64,000 nucleotides of DNA from Eledone cirrhosa. Taxonomy: Eukaryota. Below are positions 39,340 through 52,274 of the stretch, one piece after another (the first letter of the stretch is position 1; every line of letters starts with the position of its first letter). Both the position numbers and the translations under genes were made by a program. The notes under the pieces were generated by a model. That model worked only from the letters and a program-made list of their open reading frames with translations. It ran no database searches and was not told the DNA's origin. Location of the stretch: positions 47,182,001 through 47,246,000 of the forward strand of contig OZ024741.1 of the NCBI GenBank assembly GCA_964016885.1, in the 5' to 3' direction.

Positions 39340-42300
39340 AATGAAAATACACATGCCAATATCTGATCCCTTGAAACGATCGTCTGTTAAAGTGTAAATC
39401 AATATTAATAGGAAGAACATGCAAAATGTGTGACAAACAGTACTGCATTACATTTGGCCAAAAACCAGCTTTGGCATGCTTCATCTGTGGACAAGGAATA
39501 CACGAAGCGTGCTACTTAAAAAAGATAAATAACCACACCATTCCACATATTCTAGGCCTACACTGGCTATGCGGTTATTGTTCACCAAGGGCCACAATAA
39601 CGAATGACCCTAGGACCCTACCACAGACAGGCCGTTCTAAACAGACATTGATTGGCGAAACTGACATGGCAAATAAATCCTGCCACACACAGGCCATCCA
39701 AGTGCCTCTTGTAAATGACAAGAATGAAGACAATGACATGCAAACACCTACAAAACAAGAAACAGGAGATCCTGCAGAAAAAGACCAAACTTCCCACGAA
39801 AAGAAACAGATTCAGAGCAAACGCTCAAATGAAGGCCAGTATGTATCCATTACAGGAGCAACAAGTGCAAACATGGTCTTTCAGGCAAAGGGTGCACGTA
39901 CAGTCACCCCAAACCATGCAAACCATATATCAACTTCGGTACTGAACGAAAAAAAGGATGCCAAAATGGCCGAGAATGTGAACTCCTTCACCCAAAGATG
40001 TGCCGCAATTCACTGAGAAAAAAAGAATGTTTTGACGAGAATTGCAAATTTATGCACCGGAAGGGTACAATTCGCATAAAAACTACTGAACCCACACCAC
40101 CAGGACCAAGCTCAGCAGGGTATGAAAACCATTTCCCAAAAATGCAGAAACCAGGACATGGCTCAACAGTGAATGAAAATCATGCTACTCAATTGCACAC
40201 ATCAGCTGTAACAAACCCAAACTCGCAGAAATTCAATACAGTAATGAATGAAAGCAGTTTTTTAGGCATAATCTACCAACTACAACAACAGCTGTACTCC
40301 ATACAGATGACTCAGCAAAACCAGGCAACATTGATACAAAGGCTGACACCTGGACTTACAGGGCACATACAACAAATACAGACAGCCCAGCAGACCAAAT
40401 ATCCAGTCAGCACAGTCCCAGCAACTACAACAGTCTTGCCAACAATAGGGCAGATGTATCCGGTACAACAAGCATAATTAATAACAGCAAATATCCAGGG
40501 TCTTTATCCGAAAACAAAACTGTAAAGTCCTTTTCTTGGAAGAATTAGCAACAGAAAACAACTCCAAAATAATTGGAATTACTGAAAGTCATCTCAACGA
40601 AAACATCCGCAACAGCGAAATCTCAATCAATGGATTCAACATCTTCAGATGTGATAGACAAGGCAGATCCCATGGGGCGTTATCATGTATATCCATGATA
40701 CCTATGCATGCATAGAACTTGTCAATGAATCAAATGCCTACTGCAACCTGCTGTGCATAAAAATCATCCAACTTAATACAGTTGTAACAATAATGTACAG
40801 ACCGCCAAACAGCCCAACATTATCCTTCACTGAGCCACTGACAAAGCTCCAACAAATTCTGGGAAACATGGAGAGTCCAATGCCAGACATTATCCTCCTT
40901 GGTGACTTCAACTTCCCTAACATCATCTGGCCACATGGACACATACTAAAACTGGGGACAAAAGCTGAACAAATACAGGCAGCCAAACTGTTGGAAGTCG
41001 CAGAGAAATTATACCTCAAACAAATGATGACAGAAGCAACTAGAAATAATAATACGATCGACTTGGTTTTCACCAACGAGGACACGCTATTTGACCTTCA
41101 CTCAACCCCAACAATCCTTTCAGACCACAATATTATTGAAATGCATTTACACATTGGTAATGAGCCCAATGCCACAACTCTTAAACAAAAGGACATGCCA
41201 AAGCTATGCAGGTATGATTATCACCAGGCAAATTGGGAAACTATTAACAACCAGTTACAAATCATTGACTGGGATTTCTACCTTACTGGGCCAGATAAAC
41301 ACAAGAAATTCTTAAACAAGATCGAAGAAATATGTGCAAAAAATATTCCTCTTAAGAAAACCAAATCCACAAAAAAACCTGTACCACGGGAGCGAAAGAT
41401 CCTGATGCGCAAAAGGTCAAGACTAAGAAACAAAACATCTAAGTTGACATCAAAACATGAACTACAGAAAGTCCTTCACCAAATATACAGATTAGAAGAC
41501 AATCTAAAACAACACTATGATGAAGAACGTAACAATGCAGAAAAGAGAGCCATAGAAAACATCAAGAAAAATCCAAAATGTTTCTACAGTTTTGCAAAGA
41601 AATACTCGAATACCAAGTCAACAATAGGACCTCTCCAGAGACAAAATGGGGATGTAGTGAATAACCCTATTGAAATGGCAGAAATGTTGGGTCAACAGTA
41701 TGAAAGTGTCTTCAGTGAGCCATCTAAAACCATGAAGATCCATGACCCAAGAGAATTCTTCAAGGATATCGACCATACTAAACCTACCCTATCCGACATT
41801 GATTTCAACCCAGAAGACATAGAAAGAGCCATAGACAAGCTCTCCATGCACTCGGCTGCGGGGCCTGATGGTTTCAATGCCATGATACTTAAAAACTGCA
41901 AGGTACAATTGTTGAAACCCCTTTACATGATATGGAAGGAATCTATGGAGAATGGCAAAATACCAAATACATATAAAGAAGCACACATAACTCCAATACA
42001 TAAAGGGGACAGCAAATCAAAACCAAAGAACTACCGACCAATCTCACTGACATCACACATTATCAAGGTCTTCGAAAGAATAGTTCGTGGAAAACTGGTT
42101 GAGTTCCTGGAATCCAACAATCTGATGAAATGCAATCAGCATGGATTCAGGTTAGGTAGATCATGTCTTTCCCAACTACTGGCACACTATGACCAAATCC
42201 TAGAAAATCTAGAGAATGGATACAACACAGATGTTATTTACCTCGACTTTGCCAAGGCATTTGACAAGGTAGATCATGGCATCCTGGGACACGAACTTCG

Positions 42301-43500
42301 AAAGCTAGGAGTAGGAGGAAAAGTTGGTACATGGATACATGAGTTCCTTACAAATAGAACTCAAACAGTCACTGTGAATGGAACCCATTCAACACCATCA
42401 CCTGTGACCAGCAGTGTTCCTCAGGGTACAGTACTCGGCCCGATCCTGTTTCTCATCCTCATCTCTGACATAGATGAAGATACAACCAGCAACGTCTCAT
42501 CCTTTGCTGATAACACCAGGGTCATGAGACAAATCAAAGACGAGGTGGATACAGAGGCCTTACAAAAGGACCTAACCACCATATACAAATGGCAGGAAAC
42601 AACATGTTGTTCAATGATAAGAAGTTTGAACTAATTCGCTACGGAACAGATCAAGATCTGAAAAATACAACAAACTACAGAAACCCATCAGGACAACAAA
42701 TAATGGAAAAACAGTGTGTGAAAGATTTAGGCATCCACATGGGAACCAGCCTAAAATTCAGAGAACACCTTGACTCAGTCTGTCTTACTGCAAGAAAATA
42801 CAGCGGGTGGATCTTGCGCACCTTCAAATCAAGAGATACCTCAACAATGAAAACCCTCTGGAATAGTATGATACTTCCAAGGATTGACTACTGTTCTCAG
42901 TTGTGGTCACCAACAACAAAGGGCCAACTATCTAAGATGGAATCGCTCCAAAGAAATTTTACCTCATACTTCTTAGAAACGAGGGACCTGGACTATTGGC
43001 AAAGACTCAAAACCTTGAAGATGTACTCAATAGAAAGAAGATTTGAGCGATACCGAATTATATACATTTGGAAAATGATAGAACAAAAGGTGCCAAACTT
43101 TGGTATCAAAACCTACCACTCACTGCGCCACGGAAGACGCTGCCAGCTACCACCAATTAACAAAAGGGCTGGCCAGGCAGCAAAAACCCTGCGAGAGTCA
43201 AGTCTGTTGGTTCGAGGGGCACAACTATTCAACTTCATTCCGGTACATGTCAGAAATCTATCAGGATGCAGTGTGGAATCATTCAAATTGCAGCTGGATA
43301 GATACTTAAGCACCATTAGAGATGAACCCCATCTCCCAGGATATACACAACGAGCACAAACTGACTCAAACTCGCTCCTACACATGTCAATATTAAACAG
43401 AGAATCCAACCTGGCAACCACACCAGACTCTGAGGGTGGAGTCTTCGACTTGGCCTGAGCATGGACTCAAACTCAAATGAAATGAAATGAAAAATGAAAT
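39340..43500 (+). mobile_element. Near full-length CR1-group LINE (ORF1: PHD plus 3 CCCH fingers; ORF2: APE plus RT) with few disruptions
   Basis: ORF1 ~39420-40477 with one frameshift. ORF2 ~40470-43458 has ANIQGL, ITESHL, YRPP, LGDFNFP, SDH, NYRPISLTS, QHGFR, YLDFAKAFDKVDH, VPQGTVLGP and FADNT (D>N). (TGAAA)n tail at ~43477-43500. Confidence 0.95.
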
Positions 43501-43799
43501 CAAAAATTTTAATTTTTTGGGAGCCATACTGTTTTGCTATATCATTAAGGTGGAATTTATTATAAAAGGTTGGGAACCGCTGATCTAGAGCCAGTGCAAG
43601 TGATATCACCTGCAATGCAGATAATGTCAGTGAAGACAAACCAAGAGAACAAAATGAAACACTAGAACCTGGATAGGGTAAAACAAGGATCCACCAGGCA
43701 GACCCAATAGGAAAAAGGTCAGCAAACAGGCAGGGGGTGACCAGTGCTAAGAAGAGTAGAACTAGGAGAAACAGAGTCCCTGGGAAAAAGAGAGCCTGA

Positions 43800-44640
43800 G
43801 TTTTTCAAGTATGTTGTATTTCGTCCTGACAGTGGGGAGGGAACTCATGGTGGAGTTGCTTTGTACATCCATGAAGATGTCACACCCTTAGTACTGTTGT
43901 TACATTCCATTTGAATGAGTCAAATCAATACAGGACCTGGGTATTGACATGAGCAATGAAGCACTGTTTCATGTACACATCACCAAAACGACAGCAATGT
44001 GCAGACGACTGGCGAGTTGAAGTCTGAAGACTTTCATGACAAAATAAAAAAAAATTGGTCCTCTAGAGGGCTTTTGTCCTCAGCCAACTGAACTATTGCT
44101 CTTAGCTGTGGTCGCTCCACCAAGTCAAACTAACCACAGAGCTTGAAGCAATCCAACAAAGCTACACCAAGAGGATTGCTTTAATGAAGGAGATGAGCTA
44201 CTGGGAGTGTCTGAAAGAACTAAAGCTCTACTCCCTGGAATGAAGACAGAAGAGATACGTAGTGATACTTATGGAAGATCCTGAAAGGGTTAGCACCAAA
44301 CTTTGGATTGAGAGCTGAACCAACCAATGCACAGGATGCCACTGTGTAATGCCAAAGGTCCTATCCTTCATATCAAGAGTAAAGATCAGATACTGCAATA
44401 GCCTGGGGTTCAAAAGCAAAAGAATCTGCAAGATCTACATGGTGTGTATATGTAGATGTTTTTAAAAAACATCTCAACATTCTACTAACCACGATCTCGG
44501 ATGAACCCACAGCACGAAGTACAGCACAAATAAGGGTAGCAATAACAAACTCCCTCTTCCACCAATGTCCAACCAAAGAAGGCTGGATATAGAAAGTGTA
44601 GCGTCAATGGCAGTGCCCCACCATAAAGAAACCAAACCGA
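43800..44640 (+). mobile_element. Degenerate CR1-group LINE fragments
   Basis: HGGVALYIH and DLGIDMS; 44330-44620 is similar to 1-320. Confidence 0.7.
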
Positions 44641-45669
44641 CTGGACGTGTTTTCTTGGGACTCTGCAAGTCAGCAGCCACGTTTTGCTACCTCCAAGAAA
44701 ATAAAAAAGTCTACATCAAATCAAAACAAAACATTAGTCAACTGTCTAAATAAATCGATAAATGTGGAATTGAAAAAAAAAGTAAATAAATAAATAACCA
44801 AAGTTAGAAACTATGCCAAATTACCATCAAATACTTTGCAAAAAAAAGATATAAAAACCAGTCAATTGGAACAGGTAAAAGAGTAAAAGACTTGGCTGGT
44901 GATAGGAAGGGCATCCAGCCAGAAAGTTTGGAGAAGCAAATTCTTTGTGGCAAGATCATTGGAAAGAGTGACATTTACTGAATAAATACGTCAAAGAAAA
45001 TAGAATGAGAAAGAGCAACCTCATTCTGAACACTGACAACAGAAAGGACTGGAGAGTTATGATCACTCATGTCTGGAATAGACCTGGCAACTGATGATGA
45101 GTACAACATGATACACTCAGCCTGCTTTGTAACCCTTTTAGTTTAGTGACCTACTTCCACCAATTATCACGACCACAGCTGTATCCTCCATACCTAGTTT
45201 GCCTTATACCAACGTTTGTACATCATATGCTTACTTGTAACTAGACAGTCAACATCGAGTGCCATACTATGGCGAGCATATCAAAAACAAAACACTATTA
45301 CATTTAAGTACCTGTCTGATGGCAACACATCAAATAATTGTTATATATTGACTTTGAAATGTGCATAACAGTATGATATAATAAACTGAAGATGATACTG
45401 TCATTTCTTTTTCCTAACATTGACACTCCGTCTGATACCTTATAGGTATGCCCTATGGCATACACACCTCAGATCAACCAACACTGATTACCTGGAATAT
45501 TTTGATCCTATTATTGTCGAACACTTCATGCTGTAACAGAGATGGAAACTTGATATCACTACATCACTAAAGGATGTACCATACCTGGCAAGCGAGAGTT
45601 TACCAAACAACTTATCGCAAAAATGGACTCGTTCGGAGACTGTGCGGGCATGCATACAATGTTGATAAA

Positions 45670-46085
45670 GGAAAACCTAAGGACCAAATGAAACAACACA
45701 TAACCTGGAGTGGAAGTTCAAATCTTGAAACAAAAAACCCCGCCCCATAATGATCTGTAGGTGGCTCAGATGTATGGGTCCGTTGCCTGCTGAACGAAAC
45801 AACAGCATCATTTGGCAGCACACTGGGTGACCAAGCAGCTCGCCAAAGGGATAGTATTTCTTGCTCCACAGAGACAGACCTAGAAAAGGTGGTCTAAACA
45901 AGCTTGTCTCACCATCACGGTGGCCAATGCGCATCTCCTCATAGCGGTGGAAACAAGAAGAACATTTCAAAGATGAGAAGTTTAAAGATAGGATGCTGGA
46001 ATATTCACACCATGCAGGATTCTGATAACATCTGCCCACAGAGACAGTCAGCACTAGTAGCCAAGGAGTTGGATCGACTGAAGGA
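45670..46085 (+). mobile_element. 5' end of an RTE LINE (5' UTR plus APE start)
   Basis: MRSLKIGCWNIHTMQD...RQSALVAKELDRL is the RTE N-terminus. Confidence 0.75.
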
Positions 46086-46499
46086 CCCCTGGCCAAGTTG
46101 GCGTCCCTGAGGTGGAGTGGCTCTTCCAGCGAGTCTTCCTTGTCTTCTGGGACAATGTACTCTCCATCTTGTCGGCTGAGATGCAGAGGTGGAGGGCGAG
46201 TTAAATAGAAAAAAACAATTTGAATTTCTTCAAATACATCAGCAAGCTACATCAAGAGGTGAAATAATGGATGTAGCAATGGTCATCTGAAAATATCTGA
46301 TTGTGGTAGTTTAGGCCAGCTAATGAAACAACAACGTTAGTTGATACTAACAACAAAGCAGGTAATACACTTTCCAGTTCCACATTCTATAACACATTCG
46401 ATAAATCTTCCGACAAGAGCCGTATTTATCTAATATTACTGTTTAATAAAAGCATATGTATGCCGTTACAAGCCGATCAAACTAAGGCTCAATTCACAA

Positions 46500-47300
46500 T
46501 AGCTAGGGCTAAACTTAGATTCTTGAACAGCATAAATAGGAAACAAAATAGAATGGAGGCCCAGCAATATGGTGAAAAATCCTTGTGTAAACCCATACAG
46601 TGCTCAAGAAATGGAGAGACAGTATGCTTTCCAACAAACAACTCTAGTAATGCAACCCCACATCATTAACACAACAGAAACACCACCACAGGAACATGGG
46701 GAAAGAGAAAACAACCCTCAAATCTCACATGATGATGTGGTCTAACATAATTGTTTCTACTTTAGGCACAAGGCCAGCAATTACCCTGTGCACTACTGGT
46801 ACTTTATTTTATCGACCCCGTAAGGATGAAAGGCAAAGTCAACCTCGATGTGGTCTAACATAATTGTTTCTACTTTAGGCACAAGGCCAGCAATTACCCA
46901 GTGCATTACTGGTACTTTATTTTATCGACCCCGTAAGGATGAAAGGCAAAGTCAACCTCGGCGGGATTTGAACTCAGATCGTAAAGGGACGTAACTATGC
47001 TGGAAAGCATGGCGTCCGACCCTCTACTGATACTGCCAATCCACTGCCCTTGATGTGGTCTAACATAATGCAACCTAATAAGTGTACAGCTAATAACTTA
47101 CAGGCCTGGAACATTGATGTCCCGAAGCTGTATGGGCTTCATGGAAGACTCCAAAACAAATAGTGACTCAGTCATAGGACCACCAACACAGCCATCTGTG
47201 GAACCAACATTGCCAGTAAGTAGACTCTCCAACTTCCTCTCCATGATCATACACCCTACATTTGAAATGTCTCCAGGTATATGTGACAGCACAGAACAGA
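46500..47300 (+). mobile_element. Highly decayed PLE RT fragment hosting two SINEs
   Basis: ETVCFPTNNS (PxDK-like), LYGL and RLSNFLSMIIHP...ICDSTEQ. Confidence 0.4.
46752..47051 (-). mobile_element. Two tandem SINE family B copies (truncated 46752-46846; full 46865-47051)
   Basis: Minus-strand head GGGCAGTGGATTGGCAGTATCAGTAG...GAGTTCAAATCCC; MESC-like core GCCTTTCATCCTTACGGGGTCGATAAA. The 18-bp target sequence is present three times. Confidence 0.88.
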
Positions 47301-48159
47301 CATACAAATACATGAGGGAGAGCTTCCCCTATGACGTGGGAATTCCTAGTGTAAAACCCACAAGTAGATTTTTAAAGGGGTTCCCAAAGGATCCACAACC
47401 ATATATGGATCAAGCTACCTGATCTCTCACAGAACAGAGAGTAAGTAGCTCATTTTTTTTCTTCTCATCCTTCTTTCTGGCCCACAGTAATTTTAAGAGT
47501 AGGTTGTATAAATGTACATGGTCAGGGGTCATCCTGGAAGCAAGGTCGCTTGCTCAATGACTCCAGGTCACTAACTCTACTGGTGGTCCCGTCTATGAAC
47601 AGCAGTAAAGGTGGTGCCTATAAACTGGTGGTTATCTATGGAACAACTATGGCAGGATGGCCAGATGCTTTTTCAATTGACTAGAATCCTTTCTGGGAAT
47701 GTCTTGCCTTTTCCTGTTAGCCAAGGAGGACTGAAACAAGAACCTATTACAAGCAGGCAATAAAATGCTAAATGAAGACAAGCCATAAACATGGCCAAAA
47801 AAGAGACATAATGCATTTCCTTAAGAAGAGAAACCAAAACCAAACTGTAAACTATGCTAGAATCTCCATGCGTGTCTCAACAAAGAGATATAATAAAATG
47901 CTTCAAGAAGAAACGGAATACATTTTCAGTCAGTTATATTTTTTTTTTTATTTATTTATTGTCTCATATTCTTGCAGTGTTAAACTAGTTTTTAACATTG
48001 TTGCATAGCAATCATTTCTTATGTGTGAAAAGCTAAGATGATGTCCAACAGACATTAGTATGTCTTTTTCATTTGTTGTCTGGATATTTGTTTTCTGTTT
48101 TATTGTGTTTGTGCCATATTGACATGAAAGAAAAGACTGGCAAAATGCGAGTCACATTC

Positions 48160-49295
48160 ATCATGCAGAGATCGAAAAAAATCTTGAGGAAAAACCAAAA
48201 TGGCTTTCAAAGAAATAGATCAGTATCTGCCCAAATTATTAGTTTGAAGAGTCATTGAAGGAGTTCATGCAAGAAAACTGAAAGCAGTCTTTCCATTTGT
48301 TAACTTTTCTAAGGGTTTTAAATACACAGAGGGAAAATGGAAGAAATACTTTTTGCATACTGTATACCAAAGGAAACTCAACGCCAACATGATGTTGTAA
48401 AGAAATATTCGATGGTAACAAAGTGGCTGGTGTCCTCCACCACCTTAAAACCTTACCTGTTCATTATATGTCTAGATTATGTTTTACGTTCCTCTGTAGA
48501 TGAGCTGAAGGACAAAGGATTCACTCCGTCAACCAGCCAGCAACAGACACTTTCCAACTGAGACCATCACAGATGTTGACTATGTTGATGACCTGACACT
48601 GCTAGATGAAGTTTGTGAAGCAGAGTCTCTCTTGCATAGCCATGAAAGTGCTGCTAAAGGTGTTGGTCTATGTCAACTCGAGCAAGACAGAATATATGAT
48701 GTACAACCAGAGCAGCAACATTAATTCCATAGCTGGAAAATCCTTGAAAATTGTTGATGAATTCACATGCCTTGGAAGTAAAATCACAAAAGATGTCTGC
48801 AAGTGATGTTCATGTCTGAATTGGCAAAACCTATGCTGCTTTAAATAAATTATCAACAGTCTGGAAATCTGAACTTCCATTAAATTTGAAACTTAATTTC
48901 TTTCAAGTGGTTGTTTAGTAAGTTCTGTTATATGGCTGTATAACATGGACTCTAACAAAGTCTTGAGAAGAAAATTGACAGAACTTATACAAGAATGCTT
49001 TGAGCTGCTCAGGATATCCCCAAAAGACTTCTCCAATATCACATACATCAGAGAAAGAAGCAGTTTCACTGGACGTTGCTGAGGATCTCATCCTTTGCTC
49101 TCCAGCAATGTTCTTTGGGAATTGAAGCATGGGTATGCAAATGATGATAGACCACATTGAACTTACATAAAGCAACTGTGCAAGGATTCTGGGTGCACCT
49201 GCGAAGACCAGGCACAAGCCATGGCAGACTAAACAAACTGAAGAGAATGAGCCATGGCAATCCATGCAATAAGCAAACCTGGATGATATGTTGGA
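48160..49295 (+). mobile_element. Degenerate RTE LINE (RT to C-terminus)
   Basis: LRKNQNGFQRNRS, PYLFIICLDYVLR, DYVDDL, VLLYGC and TYIKQLCKDSGC. Confidence 0.8.
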
Positions 49296-49789
49296 AGGCA
49301 GAGATATGATGATAATGCATTATAGAGCTTTCCTAACCCACATCTCATCCAAACTATTCAACCTTATCAATCCCAAAGGTCAAAAGCCAAACACAGGTAA
49401 AAAGATTTGAACTTAAAGCCAATATTATATATATTATCTCTATATTATTAAGCATCTTGTACATCACCATACCATTACTATCAAGTTAAAAGAAAAAGTG
49501 GAGAGTGGGGATAGGAAAAAAAAAAAAAAACAAGAGTAAAAAGGTAGTGTTAGTAGACAGTGGGGTGCCACAGGTTTTGATTAACCAAAATGGTATAAAA
49601 CAAAAAAAAGAGAAGAGGTTTCTGAGAGGAAAAAAGAGCATGCATAAAATACTTCATTCCAAGGTTTCCATTTCAACAGATGAACTACCAAGATGCTGTA
49701 CCATTTTCAAGTTTGATGTGTGCTGCTTTGATTTGCCAATGCCATTGAGAAGAACCAAGTAACGGTTCCTAGAATGAAAATAATGATGA

Positions 49790-49965
49790 TGATAATAATG
49801 GTATTTAATTTCGGCACAAGATCAGCAATTTCAAGGAGGAAGTCAAATGACAAGTACTTTATTTTATCAACTCCAGAAGAACGAAAAGGATTTAAACCCA
49901 AAGAGTAAATCATCAGAAAAAAGATACAAGTCATTTTGTCTGACACTACCAATACTGCCAATCTG
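49790..49965 (-). mobile_element. Diverged SINE family B copy
   Basis: GGCACAAGATCAGCAATTT...GTACTTTATTTTATC similarity to 46865-47051. Confidence 0.55.
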
Positions 49966-50029
49966 TATTGCCTTTCAAACCTGTATTGTCTTTCATGTGT
50001 CCCTCTGCTTTGTAAAGAAGGATACATAT

Positions 50030-50275
50030 ATACACTCTGTAAAGTGGTCGTGTAGGTGTCACAGCAAAAAGCACCCAGTACACACTGTAAAGTGGTCATG
50101 TAGGTGTCATGACAAAAGGCACCTAACACACACTAAATATTGTTGACATTAGGAAGGGCATTCAGCTGTAGAAATCTAGCCAGAAACAGTCCTATATGAG
50201 CAAGACTTGCATCTAATGGGACAAATTCATCTAACCCATGCTAACATGGAAAATAGATGTTAAACAGTGATGATC
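50030..50275 (+). mobile_element. RTE 3' UTR fragment
   Basis: Similar to 780-1035 (AAAAAGCACCCAG, TTAGGAAGGGCAT, CTAACCCATGCTA). Confidence 0.75.
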
Positions 50276-50424
50276 ACCTTCATATCTTTTACCTCCATAC
50301 ATTCCTTCTCTCTATTCATCTTCCTCAGTCCATCCATACTCTCTGTTATTAAGATCAGGTCATTTGCATACAGCAACTCCCATGGTAAACCCTCCTTTGA
50401 ACTTCTTCCTGAAAATTACATTAA

Positions 50425-50630
50425 CCCTTTAACATTTACATTACTCTATATATACTATTGTATTTTCACAGTAAAGGCTTTATCTCATATAATATCGAAT
50501 CTATGATATTTTGATACTATTTTGAGAACAATACCTAAACATCAGTGTGAGCAGCCAATTATAGCTGGCTCGAACAGAAAGAGGTGAGAGAATTTTGGCC
50601 AGATATGGCTGGTTTAGATACTAAAAAGGG
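50425..50630. mobile_element. piggyBac-family MITE
   Basis: TTAA|CCCTTTAACATTTA...TACTAAAAAGGG|TTAA; termini resemble the TIR of 15093-17578. Confidence 0.8.
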
Positions 50631-50759
50631 TTAAGGGGACACATGCCTGGAGAATGGTCAGCCATTCTATTGAACAAACAACTGGAACACTCATCAAAAC
50701 CTACAAAGATCTATTTCCATTCTGTTCGTGTTAGTGAGTCTTAAGTCGGTCAAAATATT

Positions 50760-50946
50760 ATGGATTGGCAGTATCGGTAGAGGGTCGGACGCCATGCTTT
50801 GACGCATAGAGTTACGGCCCTTTCCATTCTGAGTTCAAATCCCGCCAAGGTTAACTTTGTCTTTCATCATTACGGGGTTGATAAAATAAAGTACCAGTAA
50901 TGCACTGGGTAATTGCTGACCTCGTGCCAAAAGTAGAAACAATTAT
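50760..50946 (+). mobile_element. SINE family B, near full length
   Basis: TGGCAGTATCGG (A box), GAGTTCAAATCCC (B box), MESC-like core and GTAGAAACAATTAT tail. Confidence 0.85.
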
Positions 50947-52191
50947 ACTGGTTGTATACTTCTGAGAAAGTGACAAAAAAAAACAATTTCCTTCTTTTTT
51001 GGAGTCTTTTTATGTAATTTTTGTTAACTTTTCCCACTTAAAACATTTTTCCTTTTACAACACAATCTCACACACACACATAAAACAGGCACACACAATC
51101 AGAAAAATAGATACACCTATATATATATACATACACACACACACAGTAAAAAACAGGCACACATAATCAGAAGCATAGACACCTATTTATACAGTCATAC
51201 CTGTTAAGACAGCAATGATGATACAATTAGTAAACTGTCTTACACCAGGTTTTTTTAATAAATAAACCCATCTCTTTTGTTTTTAACTGCTTCCTCTTTC
51301 CACACAAACCTTCGATTAGAAATTATTACAAATTATATTACAATATATTTTTTTCTAAAGAACTTCAATAATGGATGGCTCCATATTTAGCAATTAGATA
51401 AATACTTGGCTTGTCTTTCTTGTTAACTCACACAACCCTGTTTCTTTCTAATCAGTATTTCAGAGTCAATACGTTTGTTGAAGTAATATGTTCTCAGCTA
51501 ATTTTGTTAGCATATGTCAATAGTTTATGTGTATGGGAACAATTTCAGAAAGAAACAAAAACAAGATGAGCCAAATATTTGTTAGTGGAGTAAGTTTTCA
51601 AAGTGATTTGAACAGAGGAATTGAAATCAGATTATGGAGAACACATGCCAGACACATCATCCTGCTAATGTACTAATGTATTGGTTTAAGGAAGTAAACT
51701 CATTGTAACATGTCAAATATATATTTTTATTATATTGCAAGACATTCTCTCTAGCACCTCACCATTTGTCACTGATGAATCAGCTATGAGAGAGAGAGAC
51801 GGCCACATCAGCACCTATATAAAAAGTTTATGAGATTAGATTCCAGTCCGAAGATCCAGTTCATCAGTTGTAAGGGCCCCATCAAATGAAATACATGAAT
51901 CCATGCTTATACGTGAGAACATGACAGTAAGGTAAATTATGTACAAGTTGATCTGACATAACTTGATCTTAAGATTCTTAGCTAAAACTCCAATGTCAGA
52001 ACTATGTCTATCATATAGGTTGATCCCTAGAATATAAGATAAGCTCTACTAGTGTTGTACTTTTGATGACTGTCCTAGAAATGTTCTAACTGATGACTAA
52101 AATATATGTTCTGTATATTAGAGTAAAACATGGTTCTATGCCTTCCACAAAAACTTCATAATTACTTACAAGGGTTATCTCAGTTTTACTA

Positions 52192-52274
52192 CTACTCCTG
52201 TAAGTTCTCTATAAGTTTCTGTCCCTTTACTATGTTCATATGTATTAACTGCAGGTTCTCATGAGGGTGGGAAA
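52192..52274 (-). CDS. Terminal coding exon of an unidentified host gene
   Basis: Minus-strand acceptor TTTTCTTTTTCTTTTCAG|. In phase 1 it reads (V)SHPHENLQLIHMNIVKGQKLIENLQE followed by TAG TAG TAA. The phase matches exon 54670-54790. Confidence 0.7.

Larger units (their letters stand above)
35190..43582 (+). mobile_element. hAT (Buster/Charlie) transposon carrying ~6 kb of nested insertions
   Basis: TIRs CATTGGTTCCCAACC / GGTTGGGAACCGCTG; perfect 8-bp TSD ATCTAGAG (35182-89 and 43583-90). Transposase at ~35550-37293 with LQLDESTD, ADGASAM, HCFIHREALA and FSSTYLCESGFS. Confidence 0.93.

Noticed and set aside
45670-45950. HDV-like ribozyme in the RTE 5' UTR
   Set aside because: Expected in some RTEs, but I could not assemble the nested double pseudoknot. 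A descriptor search would be needed.
49066-49320. Separate minus-strand RTE fragment
   Set aside because: Only a 39-bp micro-inversion; the element itself is on the plus strand.
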